DNA of 63,443 bases, counting the filler, from Folioceros fuciformis (lineage: Eukaryota), in NCBI GenBank assembly GCA_049999805.1. It is 5 parts of 5 records of this genome, joined end to end, with 100 filler letters (N's around TTAATTAATTAA, not from the genome) between each part and the next. Parts side by side here need not be neighbours in the genome. Positions count along the whole stretch, not along the records: positions 1 to 18,049 come from JBNGIO010004005.1; 4 more parts are not named here. One strand, 5' to 3'. This document shows positions 1 through 12,500 of this stretch, piece after piece. The notes below the pieces were generated by a model. That model saw only the letters and a list, made by a program, of their open reading frames with translations, had not been told where the DNA came from and ran no database searches. The stretch's first letter is position 1. Each line of letters opens with the position of its first letter. A program made the position numbers and the translations under genes.

Positions 1-3000
1 CACATATCTCATGATTCTTCTAACTGCATCCAAGTGCGGTTTCCTTGGGTTCTGCATGAATTGACTAATCAGTCCCACTGCATAACTTAAGTCAGGACAT
101 GTGACAGTCAAGTAGATCAAACTTCCGACCATCTGTCGATACATAGTCACATTTTCCAGCTCAGATCCTACATCCATTTGCAGCTTGACGTTCTGCTCAA
201 ATGGTGTATCCATCGCTTTGCAATCTGCAATGCCATACTTTTGCAACATATCCTTAGCATATTTTTTTTGGAATAGCCAGATTCCTTGAGGTGTAGACAC
301 AACCTCAATTCCTAAGAAGTATCTGAGTTCACCAAGAACCTTCACCTTGAACTCTTTTTGCATATTCGCCTTGACATCTACAATACCATGTGCATCATCT
401 CCTATGATGATCAGGTCGTCAACATAAACGACAAGACACACTTGTCCTACCTTGGTCTATTTTTCAAACAGACTGTGATCTGCGTCTCCAATCACAAACC
501 CTTGCTCCTTCAAATAACTTGTGATACGAGCATTCCATGCTGTAGGGGCCTATTTGAGTCCATACAATGCCTTCTTCAGTTTGCATACATATGTTGGAAA
601 CTTAGGATGAACATAGCCTTTAGGCTGTTCCACGTACACTTCCTCCTGCAACTCACCATTCAAGAAGGCATTCTTGACATCCATTTGCCATAACTTCCAT
701 CCTTTAGCTGCTGCTAATGCTATGACTATCCTTACAGTTGTCATCTTGGCTACTGGACTAAAGGTTTCCTCATAATCAAGACCATACTATTGTGCATATC
801 CCTTTGCAACCAACCTGGCCTTGTAACGCTCCAGCGTTCCATCTGACTTGAACTTCAGCTTGTACACCCACTTAGAACCAATAGGAACCTTGCCATCAGG
901 CAATTGAACCAAATCCCACGCTCCGTACTCAACTAATATGGAGTATTCTTCATCCATGTCTTGACACCACTTATCATCTGTCACTGCCTCAGCAAACTTG
1001 GTTGGCTCTTTACAAGCTGTGACCCTTGTCATATACGTATAATGTTGCGCATTGTAGCTTGTATAGGTGTACTTGTCAATGGGTTTCCTAACCCTCTCCG
1101 ATCTCCTTGGACTTGGTTCATTTTGAACCTACCTTGCATATTGTTGCTCCTTAGCACCTGGCGTTTCCACATACGGAATGCCAAACTCACTATCAATGCT
1201 CTCACTACTTGAGGATTAATATCCCTCATTTCCAGTTTTGCTGCTTTCTACTCTCCCCCTCACTGACATATCCGGGTCAGTGGTCTTCGGTTTACCATTC
1301 TGCAGTCTTCCAGACCATGGATTCACCGTTGGTGATCCACCATTGGTCACATCCTCACTCTTTGCTAGAGTACTCTTAACAGTACTTCCCTGTGGGTTCG
1401 TCATAGGGTAGTGCAACTGAGTTGCTATACTAGGAGGCTAACTCATCAAATACCACATCCCTGCTTATGAGGATCTCATGTGTGGATGGCACATAACACT
1501 TATATGCCTTCCTATTTCGTGCATACCCTAGAAAAACACTCTTCACTGCTTTAGGATAAAGCTTCCTACGCTTCTCATCAGGTACATGCACATATGCAAT
1601 GCACCCAAACACTTTCAAGTGCCTAATATCCGGCTTATAGCCATACAGTCTCTCAATTGGTGTAGCATCAAGAATTCCTGCTGTAGGAGTTCGATTCAGT
1701 ACATACACTGCTGTCATCACTGCTTCTGCCCAATAATCATTAGGTAAGCACTTCTCATTCAGCATTGCCCTTGCTGTTTCCATGACTACCCTGTTCTTCC
1801 TTTCTACAACACCATTCTGCTGTGGTGTGTATCTGCAAGTCAGCTATCTTCGTATACCATGATCTACAAGATACTTGTCAGACTCATTTGAGACATATTC
1901 TCCCCCTCCATCTGATCTTAGACAAGAGATGGAGCAGCTGAATTCATTTTCAGCATGCTTTTTGAAGTCACTGAACTCGAACACTTCATCCTTATGCTTC
2001 AGTATGTATAGCCACGTGTACCTGCTGAAATCATCAATGAAGGAGACATAGTAGTGGGCTCCTCCAAACGATGCATTCTGCGAAGGACCCCATACATCAG
2101 AGTGTATCAACTGCAAAGGTCTCGAGCTATTCTGCACGTGTCGCACAAATGGAACCTTGACTGTTTTCCAAATTGACATGCAGAACACACATGACCAAGA
2201 TCAGCATACTTGAACTTGGGCAATCCTTCCACCACGCTTTTCTGTTGCATAGATTTCAGCTTCTCTATGTTCACATGCCCAATCTTCTTATGCCATATTT
2301 CAACATCACGTATGGCACCTGCATCATTTACAAACATTGCTGCATTTAGCTCTGGAATGGATGCATCTAGAGTGAACATCCGTCCATTCCTACTACCTTT
2401 AGCAATCAGTTTGCGCCCTCTGTCATATTCTTCAATAAAGGATCCATCTTTATTGAATCAAACCTGCAGATTTTGTTCAGCCATCTGTCCAACACACAAC
2501 AGGTTCTTCGTAATGGTTGGAACATGCAACACATCTTGCAGACTCTTCTGCTCACCATTCGGCATCCTAAGAGGAACAATTCCTCTGTGCTTTATGTCAT
2601 GTTGTGTGTCATCTCCTGTACACACATGACCATGGGGACCTGCATCCATCTTGTTAAACCACTCGCCATGCGGAGTCATTGGTTTGATGCTCTTGAATCA
2701 ATGTACCATCTCTCATCATTCTGCCCATCCTGTTCAGAGAGATGTTGCATGGCAAACAACCTATCTTGGTCATTTCCAGCATTACTAGAGGAGGCATAGT
2801 TCCCATGTTGCCTTCCTTTTCCTCTCATGTCTGCTTGCTGCTTATAGCAGTCCTCAGCAATATGACCAACCTTACTACAGTAGTAACACTCCTTGTCTCT
2901 ATTGGAATGGTCATAGGATTGAAAAGAACCATCTCTTCCTCGTGTGGCTCTACCTGTGCCTCTAAAACTTCTAGATCCTCTTTGGCCTTGCGCATTTCCT

Positions 3001-4204
3001 CCACGCCAATTGTCTTGCTGATTCTGCGTGTTCCGAGCATCACCCCGTCCTCGGAATGAACCACAACCTCTGTGGCCTCTCCCACGCTGGTTAGAAAACA
3101 AAACAGTCTCTCCTTTGAGATATACCTGAACCTGTGTTCAGACCAAAGCTTAACTTCCTCATGCAGCAACAAAGCAACCAATTCATCCCAACTTGGGAAC
3201 TCAACTCTCACAGAGATTGATGTGTCAAAGGACTTGTACTCCTTGCCAAGTCCGTTCAGAGTAATTGCAACCATGTCATCTTCCATCACACTTGCACCAA
3301 TTGTAGCAAGCTGATCAGCTATGGTCTTCACCTCTGTTGTATACACGAGTATGGATCTGCTACCTCGTGACAAGTTGTTGAACTGCTATTTCAATTGGAT
3401 TTTCCTAGCATGTGTGACATTTCCATAGTTCCTCATGATTATGTCCCATGCATCCTTCAGAGACTCACATCCCGTGATCTATATGACCATAGCATCTGAA
3501 ATGCTTAAGGAGAGCCAGTGTAACACTTTACATGCTCTCTCAGTCCAATGCTTGTGAGCAGTCTTTTGCTCCTGTGATGGAGTACGATCCATCTCTAGTT
3601 CACTCTCATCACCTGTGCAGAGGTCCCAATAGCCTCTACCTACCAAGAAGTTCTTCATTCTGAACTTCCACAAAGCAAAATTCTTGTTATCCAACTTCTC
3701 TCCCACGACCTGAGAGATATTGTCTGATCCCTGCACATTAGCCATAATTCAGGCTCTTTTATGCACCAACACTTTTCCTGCAACTCCCTACACTGTTGTA
3801 GAGCTTCAACACTCCACAAGCCTCAATCAAATCTCAAAAATTCCTGAATGTGCAGCTGACTCTTTGCTAAGCAAAAACAGCTTTTGCTCATGCTTTCAAA
3901 AAAAAAAAAAACAAAAAAACAAAACACTGTTTGCTAAGTTCAGGCCTTCCTCCTCGCAAATCCTGGGCCTGTTGTGGCTTCCACGGCCTGGTTGCCACCA
4001 GTAGTTGCTGCTCCTCCTGAGTCTCTCTCCCTCTCGCGCCTCTCGCGCGCTCTTGCGCTTGTAGCGCCTGTTGCGGCTTCCTACGCTGCCTACGCCGCTG
4101 CGTCTCCTGCGCCTCTCAATGGCTTGCATTGCCAGCCACCTTCACACTCACGGCCATAGCTTCAAACCCCCGCCATAGCTGCAATGGCCGCCAACGCTCT
4201 CTCT

Positions 4205-4217
4205 GGCTCTGATACCA
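4205..4217 (-). promoter_or_regulatory. Primer-binding site (tRNA-iMet) of copia A
   Basis: Minus strand reads TGGTATCAGAGCC immediately after the LTR end ...CAACA. Confidence 0.92.
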
Positions 4218-4478
4218 TGTTGAAATAGCACCACAGGCGTAGAAGGACTCCACTATTCCTTACTTATGGTGCACAGGATGCTACATATATAGCCTTCAGG
4301 CGGGGCAACCCTCGATAAGGTAAGCCTTAGTCTCGAGGGTGCAATATCCTAGTATGTCATGATATATCCTGATAACACTTAGGTGATAGATAACTACGAG
4401 TTCAATATGGGATAATCTACACTATCCTAAGTGTTGTATGCTCTTAATAACAATTCAGTTAGAGCTTGATTTCTAACA
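4218..4478 (-). repeat. 5' LTR of copia A (261 bp)
   Basis: TGTTG...TAACA termini, adjacent to the PBS, followed by GCTTA. A ~97% identical copy lies at 17514-17742. Confidence 0.92.
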
Positions 4479-5640
4479 GCTTACTCACTTGATTGGCTTG
4501 AGAGGCTTTCTCCTTCTTCGACTCGTCTGCCAACCTAGTTTTACATTCTTTGGCATGATAACCTGGCTTCCTGCACTAATAGCAAGATCCTTTCATTGTA
4601 TGGCTCATACCATGGTTTTACATTCTTTGGCATGATGACTTGGCTTCCTACAATAATAGCAAGAGCCTTTCATTGTACGGCTCATACCATCCTTCTTCAT
4701 CTCGTTTGTAGACTTGGACTTGGACTCACTCTTAGACTTGAACTTCGTCTTTGCCTTGCCTTTCTTGGTGAAAAGGACGGTGTCATCAGTCTTCTCTTTC
4801 TTGGTTGAAAACTCCAATTCTTCCTGCAAAAGCAATTCGACCACCTCATCCAATGACGGCGGTTTGTCGCTTGAACGCATCGCGACCGTTGTCCCGAAGG
4901 ACGACACAAATGGCTTGTAGATTGATAGTAAGCTACACAACAACACCACAAGGATCCTTTCGTCGCTCAATTTGATGTCCATCGCCTCCATCTGGTCCAC
5001 TAAGTGTAGGGTTAATAAAGCCTAATGTGCTTAGACTAATGTGTTTATTCTAAGATTAGTGTCTACTTAAGTACCATTAGTTTAGATTAGCTTAAGCTCA
5101 TCTGTAGGAAGCTTCCTATGGAGCTTTTCTAGAGGGTATAAATACCCCCTTGAGGTCCCTTACAATCTGAGACTCTATGTGAGAGTGTGACCTCTCTTTC
5201 TCCTCTCCTCCTTCTCGATGTGGCTCCTCTAGTGATCCTTCACTAAGGTCTTTAATTTGTTGACTTGTTGCTGGATGGTGTTGCCTGCAGCCATCATGAA
5301 GTTCGCAATTAGTTGTTCCAACAACATCGAACTTACCATGTTTTTCTTTTCATATGTATTGCAGAGGGTCATCCAAGCTTCTTGTGACGTTACGCATTCG
5401 CTCAATTGAGAGAGAACGTCATCTAAGACATTCAACAAAATTGTTGCTAGCGCTCGTTCATCTTTGTCGAGGTCTTTCTCTGTGGGTGCAACATCAAGAC
5501 TTGTTAGTGAACTTCCACACTCACTCCTTAATAAAAAGCATCTTCATCTTTAGCTTCCATAAGATGAGGTTCTTCCCCCCAAACATCTCCACCACACGAG
5601 TTTTGAGAAGACATGTCTTCATATTACTATTCTTTGCGGC
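4479..5640 (-). mobile_element. gag half of copia element B (host of copia A), interrupted by a solo LTR
   Basis: Gag start EMFGGKNLILWKLKMKML and UBN2-like segments (ORFs 5229-5438, 4605-5000). The zinc knuckle CYYCRKPSHHAKEC is tandemly duplicated (~77 bp x2 at 4538-4690). Confidence 0.85.
5005..5242. mobile_element. Solo LTR (238 bp) with 5-bp TSD CTAAG
   Basis: TG...CA ends, CTAAG at 5000-5004 and 5243-5247, internal TATAAATA. A related LTR lies at 18150-18415. Confidence 0.9.
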
Positions 5641-5644
5641 CTAA

Positions 5645-6212
5645 CAGGATGACCATGTTACTGTCCTTTGCGGCCGAACAGGATGACCATGTTACTATCC
5701 TTTGCGGCCAAACTGGATGACCATGTTACTATCCTTTACATGGATCCTTTGCAGGGATGACCATGTTACTGTCTTTGCGGCCAAACAGGATGACCATGTT
5801 ATTGTCCTTTGCAAGGATCCTTTGCAGGGATGACCATGTTACTGTCTTTGTGGCCAAACAGGATGACCATGTTACTATCCTTTATAGGGATGACCATGTT
5901 TACTGTCCTTTGCAGCCTGGGGGGATGACCATGTTACTGTCGTTTGCGGCCGGGGATGACCATGTTACTGTCCTTTGCGGCCGGGGATGACCATGTTACT
6001 GTCGTTTGCGGCCGGGGATGACCATGTTACTGTCGTTTGCGGCTGGGGATGACCATGTTACTGACGTTTGTGGCCGGGGATGACCATGTTACTGTCGTTT
6101 GCGGCCGAACACCATGTTACTGTCCTTTGCAGGGATGAATGACCATGTTACTGTCCTNNNNNNNNNNGGATGAATGACCATGTTACTGTCCTTTGCAGGG
6201 ATGAATGACCAT
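5645..6212. repeat. Minisatellite, about 18 units of ~27-41 bp (core GGATGACCATGTTACTGTCCTTTGCGGCC)
   Basis: Directly visible tandem array with a 10-N gap inside. It is continuous with the sequence upstream of copia B gag. Confidence 0.93.
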
Positions 6213-6213
6213 G

Positions 6214-6752
6214 TGACAGCCTCACCTGCATCCTTACCGGAGTCTGAATACCCGATCACACCTCCTGCCGCCCGTCGATCCATGCCAGGTACCAGTCGAT
6301 GGAGAAGAGCCGCTCGCATGACGTAGGCGTTGACTCCAAGTCCACCAATTTCTCCAACAACGACACCGCTTGCGGCGGTCTAGGCACCCCGTACTCCCGC
6401 TATAGCAGCTCCACCACTAGTACGTCGGACGGGGCCATAGCCATGGAAATTGCGTATGCCTCGAAAGAATCGCTAAGAAGCTTGGCCACTGTCCGAATGT
6501 TGTCCAGCACGTCCTTGATCGCTTCTGTCACAGGGAGATCCGCTCCAAACAACGGCCAATTCCCTTGCATCTCCGCTAGTAGCCATTCCTGCCGTTGCTC
6601 CTCGCTCCACTCCCAGTACGAGCCCAGCTCTAAGTGAAGCGTGATGGCGTCCATGACATCCATGTGCCTATCTGACTCCTGCCAGATGTCCAACTTAACC
6701 AACGACAGCCTGAATCAGGACACCAGCCGGATGGAATCTAGGAGGCTCCCGT
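6214..6752 (-). pseudogene. PPC: Phosphoenolpyruvate carboxylase gene fragment
   Basis: Translation [63 protein letters not shown] contains the PEPC signature motif. It has stops (e.g. 6400-6402) and a frameshift near 6258. Confidence 0.92.
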
Positions 6753-7600
6753 TTCTGCTGCCGCCGCGGTGAGTGAGAAACCTCAGCCTGTTGGATTCCT
6801 ACTCCTGCTGCTTTGATGGCACCACTGAAAACGGAGACATATACCCTTTGCGAGGCCGCGGCTCATCGGAACATCGAAAGCTCTCCTTCTAACTCCCGGC
6901 CCTGGTCGCTGTCATGAGTCCGCTGTCGGACGCCGGGATTTTGTGCCTGCCCACCCTCCAGCACCGTGGGCCCTTGCGCGATATTACAAGCCACCGGACG
7001 TATTTCGTGGCCCCGAACCGCGCCGAGCAGGATACCAACGACATCCTTCCCAGGCTCCGTGTCCTCCTCCTACACCATGGTGCCTGGTCAGTCGGACTCG
7101 CAGGTTTCCACGCAGGCACACTATCGTCTCTGGGGGAATTGCGGAAGTCCTATGCACAACGGACTAGAAGTCCGATTTACACCGGGGTCCCTGAGTTGTA
7201 GGCCGGGGTCTTCCATACGCAGGGTCAAGCCCGGGATCGTCCCGGGCTGCGCGGCATTTTGGGCTATTAGAACTTTGGTTCACAAGATCTTTTGTCATTG
7301 TTGTATGCTGTCATCTCTCTGAGCTCTTGGTTTCTTGAGTTTTTGGCTATGGATGAAACTAAGGTTTTTTTAAAGGGCTTGACGCTCTTAGTTTCTTGAG
7401 TTTTTGGCTATGGATGAAACTAGGGCTTTTTTTGAAAGGCCTTTCAGTCAGAGATATTCTCAGTACATGCAAGCATGGCAAATGCTTTCACCTTTATATT
7501 TTGCCATGCTTGCACCGTTAGTATGGGATGAGAAGTAGTGGTGGTAATATGGTATGACTTACACAACTTTCATGGTTTTGGTTGAGCAACTTCGGTCCTT

Positions 7601-7866
7601 TGTTGTTCGCAGTTTAGGATTTAGGGTGTTGTTCACAGTTTAGAGTTTAGGGTGTTGTTTGCAGTTTAGGGTTTAGGAGTGTTGTTCGCAGTTTAGGGTT
7701 TAGGGATGTTGTTCGCAGTTTAGGGTTTAGGGGTGTTATTTGCAGTTTAGGGTTTAGGGGTGTTATTCGTAGTTTAGGGTTTAGGGGTGTTGTTTGCAGT
7801 TTAGGGTTTAGGGATTTTGTTTGCAGTTTAGGGTTTATGGTTTAGGGTGCTTTGAGGTTTAGGGTG
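7601..7866 (+). repeat. 26-27-bp minisatellite carrying plant telomere heptamers (TGTTGTTCGCAG-TTTAGGG-TTTAGGG-G)
   Basis: About 9-10 visible units, each with two TTTAGGG-like motifs. Confidence 0.9.
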
Positions 7867-9515
7867 CTTTGAGAGCTCCAATTGAACTTGAGAAAGCTGT
7901 TGCATTGTATTGTTCTACGGGTTCTATGTAACCATCAAATGAAATGTGACCATCAATATCTGTTTTTAGATATATGTGTGAATAGTCCGGGCAGATGACC
8001 TCTTGTGAAAAAGCCTTTCCTACATAAAAGCTTATTCTACAAAAAAACAAGAGAATACGAGCTTATGGCTCTAGTGGACACCACTAAGCTAGGCTTTTAT
8101 GCTTGCTACTTGAGACCACATCCACACATCTAATTGTGTGTCTATGTGGTTGACTTTATATTATATTATATTTCTAATGATCTTAACTATATATTTTATT
8201 AAATACCACTAATGTTATTTATTAATCTAATTTAATTAATAACTAGTTACTATTTGCATACACCTAAACAATAACAGCACACATCATACTTGACACTTTG
8301 TATTATCTTAGCAAAAAACTAAAAAAAGTGGAACGATGAATGGATTCATTCATTCACTATTTGCGTACATCTAAACAATAACATACACAATCATGCTTGA
8401 CACTTGTATTATCCTAACAATATTTGCATACATCTAAACGATAAGAGCACACGATCATGCTTGATACTTATATTATCCTAACAAAGAGACATCTTTGTGT
8501 TAGCTTGATAAAAAAACAAAATAAAAATAAAAACAAAAAATTCATTCTCTTTATCATTTTATGAATATATACAACCATTAATATTATACCAAAGTAATTC
8601 TAAAGGAAAAATATAAATTAAAAGATCAAAACTATTAAAAATATTTTGAAAAGAAAAACATTTATTTTTTTTTAAAGATAAAATTCCTAAGATACATAAC
8701 CTCTTTAACCTCTTGTGCATTCTATAGTTGGTCTATCTTGAAACTTATATACCCGAGAAATTTACTACAATTTTTGACAAAACTCAAACTTAAGAGAGAA
8801 AAGTTGATGTAAAATTCACTTTTTTTTAATAATTATTATTACAATAATCATAATATGCTAAATAATTTTAAACTTTTGATTATATTATATGCATATACAT
8901 ATCATTCTGATCTCTAGCATTTATTGGATGGCGATAAGCAACGTGGTCCCATGGCAAGCACATGATTGAAGTATGAACTGCTTTGCGTAGATGGAATTCA
9001 ACGTGATTTCTCGCAGATTTCAGATTCATGTTGGCCGTACATACAATATGAAATGTCATTCTGGACAGCTGTGTTTCGGACAGGAGGAGCAGGCTGGTGG
9101 AACCTGATAGAATGCCCGTTTAGAATAACACTAACTGGCGACGTTCACGTGCGAACCGACGTGACCGTCTGTGCTGCGCCACACCTTACATTCCCTCTCC
9201 CGGTCCAATCCATATATACTCTTTCTGTCTGATTATGCGATCCTGTTTTTCCTGTGCATGCACGATCGCCAGTGCCGTGCCTGTATTTTAAGACAGAACC
9301 GGGCCCCAGGGAGCGTCTGACATCCTTCTCCTCATAGGCTGGCTGCTGCACCAAGTCAGCTGTGTTTCGTTGAAGAGGAGGCAGGCTGATTCGGACAGGT
9401 GCGTCCAGGGGGGTTCCCGCCTGTGCTTCTCCCCAGGAGCTGGAAGACGAAGTCAAGACGACGTTCTTGTGGGCTAGACAAGGCTGGGGATGATGTTCAA
9501 TAATACACACTGACC

Positions 9516-12500
9516 ATGGCCTTCTCCCAGTTCCAGACGATGAAATCGGTATCCTGCACTGGAATCGGGAGGCCTAGGCCTAATGCGAGCATGTTCCAGC
9601 TGCTGTGGGTTGGCGTTGTGGGGATGGTGCTCGTGCAGAGCGTACACCGGACTATTATTGCGCATGCCCAGTACGACACAGGTGCGTTCGCACTCCAACT
9701 GCTGCCTGGAACTTTGTCTCCAAATCACATGGTAAACACCACCTGGATGCTGGAATGCGCATGATTGTGTGCAGATTTCATCAACATCGACTGCGGCGCG
9801 CCCGCAGGATACTCGTACTTCGATCCCACCACTAGTCTCAGGCTCCAGAGCGACGCCTACCTCATCTCCACGGGCGTGGCCGCGAACACCCAACGACCTG
9901 CCCCTTGGTATGATCTCGCCACGCTCCGCTACTTCCCTGTGGCATCATCGCCCACAAAAAATTGCTACGACATCCCCGCCATTCCCAACACGCAGTACGT
10001 GGTGCGGGCCTGGTTCTACTTCGGGGGATACACTATGGTGCCCGCAACCGGTATCAACTTCCAGGTAGTTATTTCCACTTCTGCGCGTTTCCCTCAACTT
10101 CGGCTTTGGATTCCGCTGCATTGCTGGTAATTTTGACAGACAGGGAACCGTATGCATGCACGTGGTACGATGGCGGCAGCTTGCTGTTCAGGAGACGTTC
10201 TGGACGAATATCACCATTAACACCACTGACGATGCTCCCTTCACGTACTACGAGGTCCTGGTCATGAACAAAGCCAAGATCAGCGTCTGCTTGATCCGGA
10301 CAGACAGCAGCGACCCCTTCATCAACACCCTGGAGCTCAGGCCCATCAATAACACCGCGTACATCGGTAGATTGGAGGACAAGAGCACAATCATGCCTCT
10401 GCTGAAGCGCGAAAACTTTGGTGAGAGGCAGACCACGTACAGGTTGGCTATGATTCTTATCTGTCTATCTCTCTATCCACGAATTCAATGCCAGCAATGT
10501 GCACCTCAATTCATCGGCCCCGGCTTGACATGGAGCTCGTCTTTGCATGATGTAGATATCCTGACGATCCCTTTGATCGGATATGGTCGCCCTTCACAGG
10601 GAGTGTTGGAAACGCTTCCACCTTCAGCATTTTTGCAGATGGGTATCCAAACTCTCCTATCCACATGAACGCTGAGGTTTCTGTACAAGACAGCCCTCCC
10701 CCCATTGTTATGCAGTCAGCTATCACGAATCCCAATTTTCTCAACTACTCCGTCACTGTGGAGACCTACAACAAGCCCTCTCTTCCATTGCAAGTTTATG
10801 CCAACGTTTTCTTTGCCAACCTCAACAATACCCTCTACACAGTAGATCTCAGGTGACTTCAACTCCGACCCTTCGTTGTTTTGTTTGGTTCGTCACCTCT
10901 CCATATATTACCAATATTGCTGAACACGCATGCCTGGGATGGAGGGGGAGGTTGCAGCACGGACATATCGTCGAATTTCATATCGGACCCTAATTTCAGT
11001 TATTACTCCCTTCTCGAGCTCCCACCTTCTCCGCCTCTCACAGTGGTCGACTATGGAGAGCCCAATTACACGCTTTCTTTGACTGAGCCCCTTCCAGCAG
11101 TATTATTCTTCGAATTAGATGCTGCTTACGATTACTCGACGGTGTATCCGTTTATGAACGCAATCGAGATTTATCAGATCCTCCCACTGGAATCACCTAC
11201 AAACGCGAATGATGGTGAGTCCCCCAACGAAGGTCCTCGGTTTGCTCGTTTGCATGGCTTGGTCTGCTAATGATGCGGGCGTTTCATTGCAGTCACTGCG
11301 CTGGCTGACTTAAAGCAAGCCTTGAACTACAGTCGGTGGACGGGGGATCCGTGTAATCCTGTGCCTTGGGACGAAGTCCACTGTGCCCAAAATGCTGTGA
11401 CAGCCTTGTGAAGTTCTACGTACCCAGCACATGTTGATTCAGGCATGTCAGTGGTGTACACAAGACACCAAATTGACTGTGTGCTTGTTGCCAATGGATT
11501 GCAGGTATCTCTCAGGCAAGGGGTTCCGCGGCCCCATTCCATCAGCCATTTCCGGCCTGACAGCTCTTCAAAACCTGTAATTTGTGCTGCTGTGTCTCTG
11601 GAACCTCACTTTGCATGACAGCAGTCACTTTGAGTGGCCCAACTGATGTTGGACCGTGGCCGGTGTTGCGACGCGCAGGAACCTATCTGACAACCAATTC
11701 TCTGGTCCTCTGCCTACTTGGGTCGGAAACTTGTTGTCTTTGACAGCTTTGTAAGTGCGATATGGACTTGGTGCGCTCGATCTGGATTGCCTACTAGTAC
11801 TTGTGATGTATAAGTTTGGCATGTTGACCTAGAAACGAGCTTCCGCCGTGGTCCAGGGATGTGAGTAACAACAACTTGTCTGGCACCTTCCCTGCCTCCT
11901 ACATCATCCAGATCAAGGAGTTCAGGTGCAGGCTAACGATCTTAACAATTTCAAGCCCTGAGGAGTTCTATTCCAACAGTTTTTGCACTTTGTGAGACAT
12001 GAAACCCCAGCTCATTTTCAGGTTGGCTCTTGTGTGTTGTAGGTATTCTGGTAACCTTCAGCTTGAGTGTGTTCCTACCGAACATGAAAATTGCATACCA
12101 CCCGATGGAACAACGAGCCTCCCACCAGTTGGAACAAGAAGATCACCCACAGGAGGGAGCGGAAGTTCAATTGGGCCGGTTATTGGTGGCGTTGTGGGAG
12201 GTGTCTTGGTCCTCCTTTTCATAAATGCCCTTGTTCTTTGGTTGTGCTGCCAGAAGAAACCGGTCGGGTCGACCCATCATCCTGCTAGAAGAAGTCACCA
12301 ATATACTCTCAGCATTGTAAGGGCAGCTACAAACAACTTTGCAAGGAAAATTGGGGAGGGCGGCTTTGGGCCAGTGTATTATGGACAGCTCGAGGGTCGT
12401 GAAGTTGCCGTAAAAGTCATATCCGAAAAGTCTCGGCAAGGGTTGTCCGAGTTCTCTAATGAGGTAGGTATGTCAGGCTCGTGATTCGTTCATTCCAGAT

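Larger units (their letters stand above)
1..4478 (-). mobile_element. Ty1/copia LTR retrotransposon A (decayed; 3' part lies off the window edge)
   Basis: Minus-strand gag (EKLDNKNFALWKF, CYYCSKVGHIAEDC knuckle), protease (WYIDSRASN), integrase (IHSDVWGP, LRSDGGGEY) and RT ([20 protein letters not shown]), in copia order with stops and frameshifts. PBS and LTR lie at 4205-4478. Confidence 0.96.

Noticed and set aside
5645-6212. CRISPR-like array of ~30-bp repeats
   Set aside because: The units are head-to-tail without unique spacers, there are no cas genes, and the context is eukaryotic. It is a minisatellite.
7601-7866. True telomere or chromosome end
   Set aside because: The heptamers are regularly interrupted by a spacer, and the array is internal to the scaffold.
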